NCBI GenBank assembly: GCA_951406725.2
Contig: OX597818.1
Coordinates: forward strand, 111,972,001-112,036,000
DNA length: 64,000 nucleotides
From: Octopus vulgaris
Lineage: Eukaryota
Direction: 5' to 3'
Position 1 is the stretch's first letter; each line of letters starts with the position of its first letter. The position numbers and the translations under genes are program-made. Shown here one piece after another: positions 12,714-24,760 of this stretch. The notes beneath the pieces are model-generated. The model saw only the letters and a program-made list of their open reading frames with translations. It was not told where the DNA came from and did no database searches.

Positions 12714-12870
12714 AAAACAATTGCAGCGTGGAAGGTGTTTATGAGCCATTTAAGAAACACACAAGAATCGTTAGATTCACTTCGACAGTTAAATTTAATT
12801 TGTGAAAATATTTTCGTCGCTTTGGGACTGCGACCTGTTCACTGACAAAATTCCGTGCTGCACGGGAAAC
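12714..12870 (-). mobile_element. Short HHR-bearing repeat (PLE-terminal-repeat-like), same family as 63750-63910
   Basis: Reverse complement aligns over ~140 bp with 63770-63910. Confidence 0.8.
12799..12850 (-). ncRNA. Minimal hammerhead with G3-C8 swapped core
   Basis: UUUGUCA-GUGAACA-G-GUCGC(9 nt)GCGAC-GAAA-AUAU-UU-UCACAAA. Confidence 0.65.
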
Positions 12871-12906
12871 CGCCCAGCCAATCTCGCAAATCTGATTATT
12901 AGTTTG

Positions 12907-12908
<2 letters not shown>

Positions 12909-12986
<78 letters not shown>

Positions 12987-13268
12987 CAGAGAGAGAGAGA
13001 AAGAGAGAGAGAGAGGGGGGAGGTAGAGAGAGGGAGAGTAGTGGGAGAGATTGAGTGAGAGAAAGTGAAAGAGGGAGAGAAAGAGAAAGAGAAAGAGAAA
13101 GAAGAAGAGAAAGCGAGAGAGGGAGAGAAAGAGAGAGAGAGAAAGAGAAAGGAGAGAAAGCGAGAGAGAGAGAGGGGGAGAGGGAGAGAGAGGGAGAGTG
13201 GTGGGAGAGATTGAGTGAGAGAAAGTGAAAGAGGGAAAGAAAGAGAGAGATAAAGAGAAAGGAGAGAA

Positions 13269-13299
<31 letters not shown>

Positions 13300-13300
13300 T
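12909..13300. repeat. (GA)n microsatellite with an internal duplicated GA-rich block
   Basis: gtgggagagattgagtgagagaaagtgaaagaggg occurs at 13041 and 13201. Confidence 0.9.
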
Positions 13301-14374
13301 CAGTGCCTGGAGTTACAAATCTGTTTGCAGAACGACGTGTCTTTGACAGACGTGTCTCCGACAGAACGACGTGTCTTTGAGTTTGAATGTTTTTGTTGTA
13401 TTTCCAGCGATTTCTCTTTGTTCCTCTTTGTCGGTGTTTTATCGCAGATGGCGAATTTGAATTCTATCCAGTCCTATGAGCCAAAGTTGGGCGAAATTGC
13501 AAAGAAGATACGTGAACAAAGTAGACAGGCGAGGATAATTTTCGATTCTTGATTCTGATAAACATAGGGTTAATATATTTTTCTTGCCAAAATACATTTA
13601 GCGAAGGTTGTTGCGATTGTTCTCAGTTAATTTATTGGTAAATGAATTACTAAATTGCTTGTTTTACAAAATGCACAGTTTCTGCAAAATATGGAAGAGG
13701 CAAGGTGAGACAAAAAAATTATATATTAGCTTGCAGATTAATTTTTTTCCCCCCAAACAAGAAAAAAAAAAGAGAACAAAACATTAAATAGTTATCCGCT
13801 TAACAATTATCTAAGTTGCATTAAGTGTGGAATATTAAATTTAGTGATTCTAAAACTTGACAGAGCTACAGGCTGATATCTCATTCAAGAGAAAAATAAC
13901 TATAATTATTAAGAAAACAGATGCGATGAAATCATAGGTTAAGACTGGAAGAAATGCGGAGCCAAGAACAATTTCGTTTTTAGTTCCGTATTTTCCTTCT
14001 ATTTTTCTCTCATTATCTTATTTTAAATATCTTTTTCGATATTATAAAAATCATCGTATTTTTTCTTCTTTTCATATATATACTTTTATATATATTTTAA
14101 AAATATTCTTGTTTATATTAAGATTTTATGGTCGTTATTTTTATTGTATCTTGAATATCGTTTTGCTTGGTGCTTTAATCTACCATTTCGTATAAGTATC
14201 TTGTGTTCAGATTTTATTTTCCTTTTGTTTTTTATCAACAAAATATTCTGGAAGCTAAGCAAAGCACATGGTAAGATTAAATAGATTTTTATATCTCTCA
14301 AGATTTGGTTAATAGTGCAAATATTATAAGCACGGAACATTTTTAATGGCAGAATCTGAATTCAGCTTGAACAT

Positions 14375-14830
14375 AGCGCAGGCGTGGCTGTGTGAGAAGT
14401 TTACTTCCCAGTCGCAAGGTTCCGGGTTCAGTCCCACTGCATGGCCCCTTGGGCAAGTGTCTATACCCATAGCCTCGAGTCGAACAAAGCATTGCGAGTG
14501 GATTTGGTACACGGAAACTGAAAGAAGCCCGTCATATATTTATTTATAACTGTGTGTATGTATGTATGTATGTATATGTGTGTGTGTGTGTGTGTGTGTT
14601 TGTGCCCGTGTTTGTCTCCTTGCGTTTGATTTGTTTACGTTCCCGTAACTTAGTCGCTAGGCAAGAAAGACCGATAAAAGAACTAAGCACTGGGGTCGAT
14701 TCGTTGGACTAAAATCCTTTAAACTGGTGTTCCAGAATGGCCGCAGTTTAATGACTGAAGCAGATAAGAAATAGTGACTGAAACAAGTAAAAGATAAAAT
14801 ACGTGAAACAAACAAAAGATAAAAGATGAA
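14375..14830 (+). mobile_element. tRNA-derived SINE (major family) with internal microsatellite
   Basis: Head gcgcaggcgtggctgtg..gggttcagtccc, body ggaaactgaaagaagcccgtc, tail gactgaaacaagtaaaaga. Confidence 0.85.
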
Positions 14831-15334
14831 AGAGATCAGACATTCAGAAATATTTCTCCTTCAAATCTTTCCTGTCTTTGAAATAGTAAGAATAGTTTCA
14901 TTATTTTTCTTTATCTCGAAATTTTTATGTTCTTAATCTTGCTCTGTAGTTTAACTTCCCTAATTGTTTTCATTTTCAAGTTTATCTACATATTGTCTAT
15001 AGAACTTAGAGCCGGCACTGAAAGTTACGACGTTTTGTAGACGAATACATCTACGTAAGCAATGAGACCGAAGATAAAAAAGAAATAAGTAACGAGTGTA
15101 TATACATATTTCAGGGGATGTTGTAGATACGCCCATTAACTATCTTTCTATTTTCGATCGTATTGTTTACTTAGACGTATTCATATACAAAACGTCTTAA
15201 CTTTCAATGCTGCCTCTAATTTTTATGGAAAATCTGTAGAAATAACTATAATACTTTAGCTCCTGGGCCTCATTGTACGTTTTATCCTTGGGTCCCAATA
15301 CGATATCTCTTTACTCTTTTACTTGTTTCAGTGC

Positions 15335-15915
15335 TTGAAAATGATCACATCTCACTCCTCTGGTACTTCACCATTCAAACTGACAGAAAGATAGATGCGA
15401 ATAGGCCAGACATCATATTGAAAGACTTCAGACAAAAATCATACCTCCTCATTGATATGACTGTCACAATCGATATAAACATATCTGTCAAGACCTAGCA
15501 AAGACTGAGCAAATATAAAGATCGTGAAATAGAAATCAGCAAAATGTAGAACCTGAAGACTAAAACAATACCTGCTGGCATAGGTGCCCTGGGAATGATG
15601 GCAAAAGGGGCTGATTGCTACCTAACTCAGATACCAGGAAACCCCAAAATGGCAGAAATTCAAAAGATAGTACTCATGGGGAACTGCCCATTTCCTACGC
15701 AAAATACTTTCTATGTAATCTCAAGTTTTAAAACAAACATAATTTTCTTATTATTTCTTAAACATTCTCTAGAAGAACGCTATGTACAAAACCAAATATA
15801 AGGCACCCTAGGCATAACACGAATATGAACTTCCAACTTGTCTCTTAAGGTCTCTGGGTGAGACTTGGAGCCAGCTTGTGCTAATGTAAAGCAAAAGTCA
15901 AACATAGAATAATAA
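15335..15915 (+). mobile_element. R4/Dong-like LINE 3' fragment (RLE domain)
   Basis: LLWYFTIQTDRKIDANRPDII..LLIDMTV..SKYKD.EIE..IGALG..IQKIVLMG with in-frame stops. Confidence 0.85.
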
Positions 15916-15920
15916 TATAT

Positions 15921-16182
<262 letters not shown>

Positions 16183-16189
16183 TGTATAT

Positions 16190-17782
16190 ATCCAAGCTTT
16201 TTCCCCATTTCTTTAGGTGGGGTAGCCACAACAAAACACATACTAAGCATTCCATTCATTTCTCAGCTCAAAATGGCGAACCCCGGATGAAGGCATAGAA
16301 CGCAACTCACAATATCAGCAGCGGGACCCGGCGGCATATGCTGGTTTACCCCCACCGCATCATGCTGGTTCCGTAACTCTTTGAGCAGCATCAAAATTCA
16401 CTCATCCGTCCACAAACACTCTTCAAGCTTTCTTATCATTTATGAACTCTTTTGCCTCACTCACTGAAAAACCTCTAACAACCAAAGTTTTCCTCACTCC
16501 ATCCATCTACACAAACCGAGGTCTGCCTCTGGTTCTGCTGCCTACCACTTCTGCCTTCATCAACCTCCTTACCGTCTGCTCCTCATCCATCCTCTCCATG
16601 TGGCCAAACCACCTCAAAATTCGTCTATCCATTTTGGTTGTTAGTTCTCGCATTCCTGCTCACCTTCACATCTCCCCATTCCTCATCCAGTCTATCCATG
16701 TCACACCAACCATAGCCCTCAGACATCCCATCTCAAACACATTTAGTTGCCTCCTTTCCGCCTCTCTCATCCCCCACGTCTCTGCACCATATAACATTGT
16801 CGACACAATCACGCCCTCATACACACCTCTTTTCGATTTCATTCTCAACCTTTTATCTCTCAGCGTACCTTTCGCAACTCCAAGTATCTTACTCCCCTCC
16901 CTCACTCTATGTCCCTCCTCCTCAGCCACCAGCACCCCACTATCCACCGTCAAATGTGACCCCAGATACTTAAAACAACCCACATTCATTCTACCAGCTA
17001 TTCCTTCTCTCGAACATCTCATCACCTTACTCTTAGCTACATTCACTTTCAGTTTCCTCCTCTCACACACTCTTCCAGACTCCACCACCAGTCTCCTCAG
17101 TTGCTCTTCCAAATCCGCCACCAGTCCTGCATCATCAGCAAACAACATCTGACTCACCTGCCATTTCTCTCCGTTTTCTCCCAACATCCGGGCTCCCTTA
17201 CCAATGGTTCTAGCATTTACCTTTCTCACCACACTATCCATATGTAAATTAAACAGCCAGGGAGACATCACACAACCCTGTCTTAATCCCACCTTCACAT
17301 CAAACCACTCACTTACTTCACCACCCACACTAACGCACGCCCTACTTTCTCTATAAAAACTCTGAACAGCTCTCAACAATCTACCATCTACTCCATACAA
17401 CCGCCGCAGCACCTGCCACATTGCATCCCTATCCACACGGTCATATACCTTCTCTAGTTCTACAAATATTTGATCTTCATGTTCCCTTCCACTCCTAAAA
17501 CCGCACTGCTCCTTCCCTAGTATTATCTCTGTCTGGTTCTTCACCTTTACAATCAGAATTTCCCATACAGTTTACCAACCACACATAACAGATTTATACT
17601 CCTAAAATTTCCACGCTCACATGTATTCCCTTTACCCTTGTACAGTGGAACTATACATGCACTGCACCATTCCTTTGGTACTCTTCCAGCCATATAACAA
17701 ACATTTATAAGCTTCACTAACCATTCAGTCACTGTCGCTCCTCCTTTTTTTAAGGCTTTCCCCTATATAACCATCTATACCT
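16190..17782 (-). mobile_element. RTE-clade LINE, decayed RT and 3' region
   Basis: EQCGFRSGR, FVELEKVYDRVDR, GLRQGCVMSPWLFN, LFADD, FKYLGS, LYGAETW. Confidence 0.9.
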
Positions 17783-17952
17783 GGCGTATGTCCTGGGTAT
17801 GACTATAAACTACACCCGGTAGTGGAACCATGGGGCCCTGGTTTCAGGATTTGAGGAGTGTGGAACCACGTCTTAGCCACTATTGTTCCCAGGTCTACTC
17901 TGGCTCCGAGTGGTAACACCTGTAAGGGTCCAAGCTATGGGTTAACTAGCAA
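17783..17952 (+). mobile_element. Short interspersed repeat fragment
   Basis: gtcctgggtatgac...cccaggtctactctg..gagtggta; family recognised only from memory. Confidence 0.4.
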
Positions 17953-18167
17953 ACCCCACTGCGACTGGGGGTCAGTAGAATGCTGTCGCCGTATTCCCTG
18001 CGTGGCGTAAGAAGCGACCAAAAAGGGGCAGGAGCGAAGGGATTAGGACTCCACTCCTCCTAGTAAGAATTACAACCGTGTTTCGTGGCCTGCTACCACA
18101 ACAGCTCCTTTATAGGATCCATTTAGCTGAAGACATCATCAGGAGGAACCACGTCCGGTTTCGGCCA
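17953..18167 (+). other. GC-rich structured segment, probable retroelement 5' end
   Basis: Kissing-hairpin potential at 17954-18028; the 3' part has a diverged inverted homolog at 34563-34665. Confidence 0.5.
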
Positions 18168-18430
18168 TTACATATTCCTAAAATACATATTACTAAAAAG
18201 ACAAGGAAAAAATAATGATACCAGACAAATACACAACAAAAATACCAGGACTAACAAGTATATATAACATACAGAAAATAGCACTACTAGGCACCGCACA
18301 CATCCTACGTAAAATACTTTCAATACAGTAATTATAAGAGCATCACAGCAAACTACCGCGCATACCCAAGGCACACAGAGCTGCGCTCAGTACCGAAGTA
18401 AAAGCACGAGATAAAAATAAGACAACATAA
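18168..18430 (+). mobile_element. R4/Dong-like LINE 3' end with (TAA)n tail
   Basis: Homologous to 3296-3517. Confidence 0.8.
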
Positions 18431-18432
18431 TG

Positions 18433-18510
<78 letters not shown>

Positions 18511-18512
<2 letters not shown>

Positions 18513-18780
18513 CTTGAACGTGGAATCTAAAAACAGAAGCAATTCCTATCGTAGTAGGTGCATTAGGCATGATAAAAAAATATTCAGACAAATACATAAC
18601 AAAAACACCAGGACTTATAAACACATATAACATACAGAAAATTGCACCAATCCTACGCAGAACACTTTCAATACAGTAACCATCAGAGCATCACAACATA
18701 TCACAGCACATTCCCAAGGCACACAGAGCTGCGCTCGGTAGTGAAATGAAAGCACGATATAAAAAAAAAACTACTGAATA
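18511..18780 (+). mobile_element. R4/Dong-like LINE 3' end with (TAA)n tail
   Basis: WNLKTEAIPIVVGALGMIKKYSDKYITKTPG; lies in the (TAA)n tail of the previous copy. Confidence 0.85.
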
Positions 18781-18815
18781 ATGATAATAATAATAATAAT
18801 AATAATAACAATAAC

Positions 18816-18879
<64 letters not shown>

Positions 18880-19346
18880 GAAACATAAAGGGAGAAGGAT
18901 AATCCTCCGGATTCTTAAGCTTTCTTCTGAAAAACAGAATAATTGAAAATGTGTTGCTTCCTACATGTTCACATCAAGTGTTACATGTTATATTGCCGGC
19001 TGAGAGTCAATTTTTGCACAACTGGTTATAGAGAATATTAAGATAGCGATACAAGAAATAATAAAAGATGGAAAATAATGGAAAATCTACTGCAGAAAAA
19101 AGGTGCGACTTAATAAGATAATCTAGCAGAAGCCATTGAATTGTAGATCTAATTCTTCGCTGTTGGAAGAATGCAACACATGGTCCAGATATGAGCAAAT
19201 GAAATTCTGTAACGAAAAAAATACAAATGGAGAATTTGCCGTGTTAAAAGAACGGTGAATTAATAAGACCGGTGGTTTTAAAAATATTCTGCAATTATTT
19301 TCAAAACCATCACTTACTGGCCAATCCTGTTTTGATTAATGGTGAA

Positions 19347-19640
19347 GGCGCGTGACCTAGTAGTGAGGATGTTGCACTCACGATCACTGCATCATGGGAT
19401 CGATTTCCGCATCAAGCAGCGCATTGCGTTCTTGCGCAAACCACTTCGTTTCACGCTGCGCTAGTCTACTCAACTTCAAATGGGGGCAACCCTGCGATGG
19501 ACTAACTTTCCGATCGGGGAATGTTAGCCTGCACGTCTAGTTAGTGGGATGGCATCATTCGGAAGATAAAACGAAGCAAATTGCATTGTGACCAGCGTTG
19601 TAGAACAACACCGATAGTCTGGCTAATCACGTGATGTTGA
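19347..19640 (+). mobile_element. Diverged tRNA-headed SINE
   Basis: ggcgcgtgacctagtag..ggatcgatttcc head resembling 33807. Confidence 0.6.
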
Positions 19641-21103
19641 TTAATGCTGCCATGCTTTCCCGATCTGTAAAGGAAAGACAGAAATCGTGAGTTGCTGTAT
19701 AAGCTCAAAATAATACTTTTGCACATTTATTTTATGCGGATAATTCCAAATTAAAATGGAAGCTGTGAGCATTCACATGTAATAGTCTTATGTATCATCA
19801 GTCACTTTCTATATACATTAACCGTTAATCCAAGCCGTAAACATGTACTAATTCCTTACAACGATACGTAACAGTTCAGTCTTCAAAACAGAATTCTCTT
19901 AATGAAATTAGATTAAAAGTGATTATCAAACAAGTTTGTAAATGATGTGTAGATATTAAAGGAGAGATTAACAGTTAGTGGCCCATAAATTACCGAAATC
20001 TATGTAAGCACAAATAAAGAAAAAAAAAAGAAAAAAACAAGTCATAAATATGAACGCAAGTAGTTCTGTTGTACAAAATTCGTATCACTTAGCGAACTGA
20101 ACAGACATCACGAGGGTTACTGAACTTGCAACGGAAACATTCTTCAAAAAGAACTCATCAAACGGTTACATAAAGCTCTTCATATGAACATTTGCATTAT
20201 AAGTGGCTGAATATATCTCCAAGAGGGACACTCGGCAGCTTTACATTGATGCCACCCTTATCACAAAATTAACACCAACTGATTATCCATATCATTCATA
20301 GCATTTCACAGAATTTTCTCAGTTCTCACAGTCACCCAATATCGATAATGCTAACTGAATTCATTGCGTCTACGAGATTTCTCTTTATATAATCGCCATC
20401 CTATTCGCCATAACATTAGATGCATCTCTATCAATGCCAGCCATATTACATGCATATCAAAAGCATTGCTCCAGTTTTATCCTCTATTTGAAAAGCTTTT
20501 CAATCACAGCTTCAAAGGTATAATTTTAGTCTCCTTACTCCTACATTAAACAGCTAATGTAAGCGGTTAATATTCTGTCTCAGCTGATATAGAGAACATT
20601 GTAAATGATGTCTATACACATATTTGTGTCTCGGGAGAAATGCGAGACCATAACACAGTCTTGTGTGACCTTGAACAATTACGTTTTTGCCGTCATTTCT
20701 TATCGATTGGTAATATGCTTTTTTGAGAGAAGGTTCATTTCAAGCGGTGCTAAATAAAATTTCTCTTCTAAAGATGAATTTTATGGAAATTGTATCTCAT
20801 TTGTGCATCTCATTTATGTTCACGTTTCTGGAATAATTTGACTTTACTTTAAAATATGCACATTCAGACTTTTTCTATTCTATCACATATGCATACGGAT
20901 ATAGAACTCTAGCACACGTACATACAAACAATGACATAAATACACACACAGACACACGCATACACACACATACACACAGCGTCAAGATCATACATACTTG
21001 TATCTACGTATATTTGTTATTCAGAGTTCAAATGTAGTGTGCATATATCGGTATTCAGGCCTCTTTGTGATTTCAAATGGGTTTCTATGTATGTACGTGT
21101 GTT

Positions 21104-21151
<48 letters not shown>

Positions 21152-21789
21152 TATATACATACATACATTTATGCATACATGCATGTGCGTGTGTGTGTAT
21201 CTTTGTATACACATATATGCATGCATACACATGTGTTATTTTTTTTATTGGTTTTATTTCTATCATTTCTCACCAATGGAGCAGCTTTCGGACATAGAAA
21301 TGAGTCTGTTTCATTGGAATTTTGACAGTAGCAGTAAATTAGAGTTGCATGTGTATACATACATATGTATGTATGCATGCATGCATGTATGTATGTATGT
21401 ATGTATGTATGATTGTATGCATGTATGCATGTATATATGTATGATTGTATGCATACGTATGTATGTATGTATATACGTACGTATGTCTGTATGTCAGTCT
21501 GTCTGTCTATATGTTTTTATGTGTGTATGTGTGTATGTTTGTCATTACGGAATACAAAGGAACTAAAGGCTGCTGCCACTGCTAAAACCTTTACTACTGC
21601 TATTACCACTAGTAACTACTGCCATGTGGATTTTGTAAGAGGACATACGAGCGTTCGAAACTGCTGCCGTAAAGAGTGAATTGGCATAAACAATTGAAAC
21701 CGATAACATATTTTCATTTAAAAAAATCTAATTTGCTTTCCTTTTATTAATGGCACAATTCTGAAAGCATTTTCTTGTTTTGTTTTTAA

Positions 21790-21846
<57 letters not shown>

Positions 21847-22599
21847 CTCTATCTATCTATCTATCTATCTACCTATACGCCTGTGTGTATGGGTGCGTGC
21901 GTGCGTGTGTGTTTCTGTGTACGTATGCTTGTGTGCATGTATGTATGCATGTATTTATGTATGTATACACAGACACGTGCGCGTGCACAGACACACACAC
22001 AGGTAGACACTCAAAATTAGAGAGGTAGAAGTAACGTTAATAACAAAAGGTAATATTTATCTCCAACTGAAGAGGATGTATTAGAATCGAATACCGCGTT
22101 ATTTACTTTTTGTGAACGATAAATGTTCGCTACGGGTGACGACACTGCGAGTTCGCGTGATTTTGTATTTTCTTTTTATTTTTTCAAGGACAGACGTCCA
22201 GCGCAGATACCACCGATGTATATACAAATAATTTCTGCATATAGACAAATATACATTCTACACATACGAATACATGCACGCATGCATTTTCGGCGTCGAG
22301 ATGACTGCATATGTGGTCATTTTGATCTGTTAAGCACCTTTGAAGTTTAATATATTTTGGGGCCTGCTGTTGATAGCTTGGGGCTGCAACCGTTTCACTA
22401 GGCATTTGTGTGTTTCTTCCCGTCTTGTGACACCCAGTTTCTCATGGAAGTAATAGTCATATATCAAAATCTAGTCATAATTATTCGTAAAAATCGTAAT
22501 CTGCAGATTTCTCATCAAATCAACATCAATGTTATAATTTTCATAAATTTTTTAATATATTGTGTTGAGTCAAATGTTTTGCAATATTTTGATAACTTG

Positions 22600-23012
22600 A
22601 GGCGGCGAGCTGGCGGAGTCGTTAGCACGCCGGGCGAAATGATTATCGGTGTTTCCTCTGTCTTTATATTCTGAGTTAAAATTCCATCAAGGCCGACTTT
22701 GCCTTTCATCATTTCGGCGTCGATAAATTAAGTACCAGTGGCTTCCTGGGGTCGATCAAATCGACTGGCCTCTTCCCCCGCCAAAATTTCGGGCTTTGTG
22801 CATACACCAGAAAAGAAACGTTAGAACGCCGGGCGAAATGCTTAGCTGTATTTCGGCTGCCGCTACGTTCTGAGTTCAAATTCCGCCGAGGTCGACTTTG
22901 CCTTTCATCCTTTCGGGGTCGATTAAATAAGTACCAGTTACGCACTGGGGTCGATGTAATCGACTTAATCCGTTTGTCTGTCCTTGTTTGTCTTCTCTGT
23001 GTTTAGCCCCTT
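22600..23012 (+). mobile_element. SINE (third family), tandem dimer
   Basis: ggcggcgagctggc..gttagcacgccgggcgaaatg..gagttcaaattccgccgaggtcgactttgcctttcatcc, present twice. Confidence 0.85.
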
Positions 23013-23118
23013 GCATCGCCATTCGTTTGACGCATCAGGTATTTTGCAGGTAATCTCTGATCCTGTATCACATACCTTTTTCCTATGCTTATATGTATGT
23101 ATCTATTTATGCATAGTG

Positions 23119-23478
23119 GAGGCGCAATGGCCCAGTGGTTAGAGCAGCGGACTCGTAGTCATAGGATCACCGCTTCGATTCCCAGACCGGGTGTTGTGAG
23201 TGCTTATTGAGCGAAAACACCTAGAGCTCTACGAGGCTCCGGCAGGGTGGGTGGGTGGTGGCGAACCCTGCTGTACTCTTTCACCACAAATTTTCTCTCA
23301 CTCTTTCTTCCCGTTTCTGTTGTACCTGTATTACACTCTGTGTCACGCTGAATCTCCCCGAGAAATACGTTATGGGTACACGTGACTGTGGAGTGCTCAG
23401 CCACTTTCACTTTAATTTCACGAGCAGGCTGTTCGGATCAGCTGGAACCCTCGTCGTCGTAACTGACGGAGTGCCACG
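23119..23478 (+). mobile_element. tRNA-headed SINE (second family), near full length
   Basis: A/B boxes; 3' domain ccctcgtcgtcgtaac shared with 33807-34128. Confidence 0.85.
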
Positions 23479-23562
23479 ATTTATGCATATATTTACCTGT
23501 GTGCACGTGTCTGCATATGTGTGCATACGTGTGTGCGTGTGTGTGTCTGCATGTGTGTGCAT

Positions 23563-23603
<41 letters not shown>

Positions 23604-24044
23604 ACTTGAAATACATTATCGTTAAACCGTTGAAAGTAACTATCTCATCAAATAGTCATAATCTCTAGTCCTGTCGAACCGACGCAAGTAGAGACAACCC
23701 GAAATTATACCGTGAGCTTGTTTGGATATATGGATTACTTGTCCCATTGTATTTATATAATCTCCTTAAGGTGAAGTACAAAATGTTGATTTCATTTGAA
23801 TGTTAATGAAGATATGACATTTTGCTTGCGATACAATGAAGTTTATATTTAACGAGAAATTTCAAGCTTCAATTCTCTTGTGTCATTAGACAATTTCCGT
23901 CACATCCATGGTTTCTAAATGAAACTTTAATGATACGAAATAATCATTTATTTCACCCATCACTTGTCCGATAATTTGTGGCAAACAAACATATTTGCAC
24001 AGACGGAACACCCACGTACAAACCAGTAACTACACCAGCATCCC

Positions 24045-24760
24045 TGTATGTATGTGTGTATGTATGTATGTATGTATGTATGTATGTATGTATGTATGTA
24101 TGTATGTATGTATGTATGTATGTATGTATGTATGTATGTATGCATGTATGTATGCATGTATGTATGCATGTATGTATTTATGTATTTATGCATGTATGCA
24201 TGTACGTATGTATGTATGTATGTATGTATGTATGTATGTATGTATGTATGTATGTATGTATGTGTGTATCTATGTATGTATGCATGAATGTATGTATGTA
24301 TGCATGTATGTATGTATTTATGTGTGTATGTATGCATGTATGCATGTATGTATGTATGTATTATTATGTATATGTATGCACGTATGTATGTATGTATGTA
24401 TGTATGCATGCATGCATGTATGTATGTATGTATGCATGTATGTATGCATGTATGCATGTATATATGTATGTATGTATGTATGTGTGTATGTATGTATGCA
24501 TGTATGCATGTACGTTTGTATTTATGTATGTATGCATGTATGTATGTATGCATGTATGTATGTATTTATGTATGTATGTATGCATGTATGCATGTATGTA
24601 TTATTATGTATATTTATGCACGTATGTATGTATGTATGCATGTATGTATGTATTTATGTATGTATGTATGTATGTATGTATGTGTGTGTATGTATGTATG
24701 GATTTATGTATGTATGTATGTATGTATGTATTGTATGTATGTATATATGTATTTATGTAT
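24045..24760. repeat. Degenerate (TATG)n microsatellite
   Basis: Visible. Confidence 0.95.

Noticed and set aside
19765-19806. Minus-strand CUGAUGA..ACAU/AUGU..GAAU hammerhead-like string
   Set aside because: Has GAAU instead of GAAA and no NUH cleavage triplet.
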